Shown: positions 61,829 through 64,000 of the stretch, one piece after another | Layout: each line of letters begins with the position of its first letter | Numbering within the stretch: position 1 is the stretch's first letter | DNA from: Macrostomum lignano | Taxonomy: Eukaryota | Length of the DNA: 64,000 bases | Assembly (NCBI GenBank): GCA_002269645.1 | Contig: NIVC01001470.1 | Location: 5,944-69,943, forward strand | Direction of reading: 5' to 3' | The notes under the pieces: model-generated | What the model was told of the DNA's origin: nothing | The model's database searches: none | The model's input: the letters and a program-made list of their open reading frames with translations, nothing else | Program-made: the position numbers and the translations under genes

Positions 61829-63574
61829 GTCAATAGTGTGATACACATAGTCAGTTTCTAGACTCTTACAATCTGGTTTGCAGAATTTTTCTGTCCATCA
61901 TCAGTCATGCAAAAAGTGCAAATAGTTTCACACGTTTGTTTGCACTATTGATTTATTATATTTCAATATCTCCTCATCCATTTGAAACCAATTTAGCTTC
62001 ATATCAAACCAATACAAGTCAATAATTGTGTGCAGCAATCTTGTTAACTGTCTGGTTCAAACTCAAAATCAACTCAAAATCACATCAACAATATCAAAAA
62101 GAGTTCAATAAATTATTAATTATCCATTGATGATTGGCCTGTCCGCTAGTGAGTCAGGCATGAAGTAGACAGTCACACCAGTTTTGATACTTCAAATGGT
62201 GATAGTGTCTTAAAGCAATTCACCTACTTGGATTAGAATCTTTGCATGCCAGTCTCAGAGGCTAAAGCCTTCATTCTGGCAATTATTTTTAGCATCAGCT
62301 ATTTGATGCACCATGGTAGGTTTGGCAAGTTCCCACTTAATGGCAGCTTTGAAGTAGCTGTAAACCTGGGTTTAACATTGGGCTATAGGCTGGCAATATG
62401 CCCAATCGGAATTGGCTAGCAAACTGCTATGGTACAGAAATACAAAGCTGTAGTCTGATGCTATCAAAGATGATAGTGCAGGTTTCATTGTTTAGCAGCA
62501 TTGCAGCTACTAGCTGCATTAGCTTATTGATGAACCCTTGAAACATTTGACAAGTAATAGTTTCTTGTTGCAACCAGTGATGCACAAGTCTAAGCATTGA
62601 AAAGATTGCCAATATAAGTACAAAGTTTCAACCTCTTAACCCACATACTTGGCGTCAAACTTACTCACCTCGTGTTGCTCTGCCAATAGTTCTCCTTTTG
62701 TGCAGATTGTAGCTGCATTTGTCTAAGAAGATAAGATTGTGATTGGCCCCTAGATTAACAAAGAAGCAGGCAAAATCCTTCTAGGCAACAATAACATCAA
62801 GCCAAAATCTCTCCAGAGGTGCATTGGCATCCTTGCCTGCAACTTTGCAGGTGATAAGCTGCTTTCCAGCACTCTGGCAATGGTAAGAGATAGACACAGG
62901 CAGCTTTCTGGGCAGTCTCTGCTGCAGAAGCTCATTGATTTCAATGAGAGTTACAAATGGTTTCTTAATGACAATTTGGGAGACTAGGTCTTTCATTTTG
63001 GTGTCCATCTTTATATGCCTTCTTCCACCACACCTTAGCTTGGCAGTCTAAGCTTCTCGAACCCTTCTTGATGTTTAGGATGTTAGCCAGCGCCTTCTAG
63101 TCGTTGCCAGCTATTGCTGATCAGTATTTGTCATTTGGTTTCTATGGCCTTGCTCAGCCATATTGAATCACAGGAATAAATTTTCAGTGCTAAATAAGCA
63201 AGGGTTACTATAGAGTAACATAGCCATTTTGAGATTTGAGTTAAATTTTGAGTATGCAATGCCAGCAGTGATAGTCGTTGAGTTTTAAAGGTATGAATTG
63301 CATCATATAGTAACTAAATTGATTGCTAGACTCAATAATGATTTCCACATGTGTGAAAAAGATTGCTGAACATGATATTGACTGCACTGAATTGTATGAT
63401 GTGAAGCTAAATTGGTTTCAAGTGAATGAGTAGTAATCAAAATATAATAAATCAATAGTGCAGACAAATGTGCGAAACTGTTTGCACTTTTTGCACGACT
63501 GATGATGGACAGAAAAATTCTGCAAACCAGATTGTTGGAATCTAGAAACTGACTATATGTACCGCACTATTGAC
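61829..63574 (-). mobile_element. Decayed Tc1/mariner (IS630-Tc1-mariner) DNA transposon, 1746 bp, about 215-bp TIRs, TA target duplication
   Basis: TA|GTCAATAG...CTATTGAC|TA. 61829-62042 is the reverse complement of about 63358-63574 with scattered, largely CpG-type differences. Confidence 0.9.
62330..63130 (-). pseudogene. DDE transposase pseudogene
   Basis: Fragments ALANILNIKK (HTH), GGRRHIKMD, VTLIEINELL...TIARVLE, LIFLD(K)CSYNLHKRRTIGRATRGE, IIFDS and LPAYSPMLNP, broken by stops and frameshifts. Confidence 0.85.
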
Positions 63575-64000
63575 TAGGAAATACTATAGTATTTTCTAAT
63601 CCTTTAGCTAATTAGTATAACAAAAATTATCTAAATTATTTATTGGTTTGAAATAATTGTTCAGAAAGAACCTAGGAAATGTATTTTTGTATGCTTGTCC
63701 ACAATGCCTAGAAAAATTTGAACTATGATTTTCTAAGATTAGTCATACCTAGACTAGATGGACAAATAAAGTATAATAGGTTACTTATTGCTCATATAAC
63801 GTATGTGTATGTATGAATGAAGCAAGTCGTGTGACTTGATTGCCAGTTGGCTTTAATTAAATCTATAGGATCATACATGTGCAACCCGCCTCTGATTTAC
63901 ACTGGCCCTGCAACTTACCTATAAAAAAAGTAAAAATGATGTTTTTCGAGTAAACAGCAGGAGTAGCTATGACTGTATTATTTAGGTTAAATGCCTCGTA

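Overview
This is animal genomic DNA, not prokaryotic. The GC-rich, intron-poor genes, Ala/Gln tracts and dense tetranucleotide and minisatellite arrays suggest a Macrostomum-like flatworm, but that assignment is only an inference. The main result is at 1-6326 on the minus strand: the 5' half of an intact-looking Ty3/gypsy-type LTR retroelement. I translated it by hand, because the ORF track misses it (it runs off the window edge without a stop). One uninterrupted ORF (ATG 4869 to beyond position 1, at least 1623 aa) encodes, in order: capsid-like Gag, CCHC zinc knuckle, acidic linker, internal signal peptide, cysteine-rich glycoprotein with an RRRR furin site and heptad repeat, transmembrane anchor, a tail carrying LYPSI, PTAP and PPNY late-domain-like motifs, aspartic protease (LLDSGS), and the RT-proximal region. 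The envelope is therefore embedded in-frame between gag and pol rather than after pol. Host genes: calreticulin (2 exons, KDEL), a multi-zinc-finger gene, an intronless CLK/LAMMER kinase, a KChIP-like calcium sensor whose intron is filled with minisatellites, a CaaX-box disordered protein, a 4-TM protein, a 2-exon class A-like GPCR, and one or two orphan genes. The zinc-finger and CLK genes carry repeated 1-nt deletions that look like long-read assembly errors. Also present are about 17 tandem arrays (roughly a fifth of the window), tRNA-derived SINEs, two MITE-like elements, and a decayed Tc1/mariner element with long TIRs inside a CpG-depleted domain at the right end. There is no CRISPR array, rRNA gene or intact tRNA gene.
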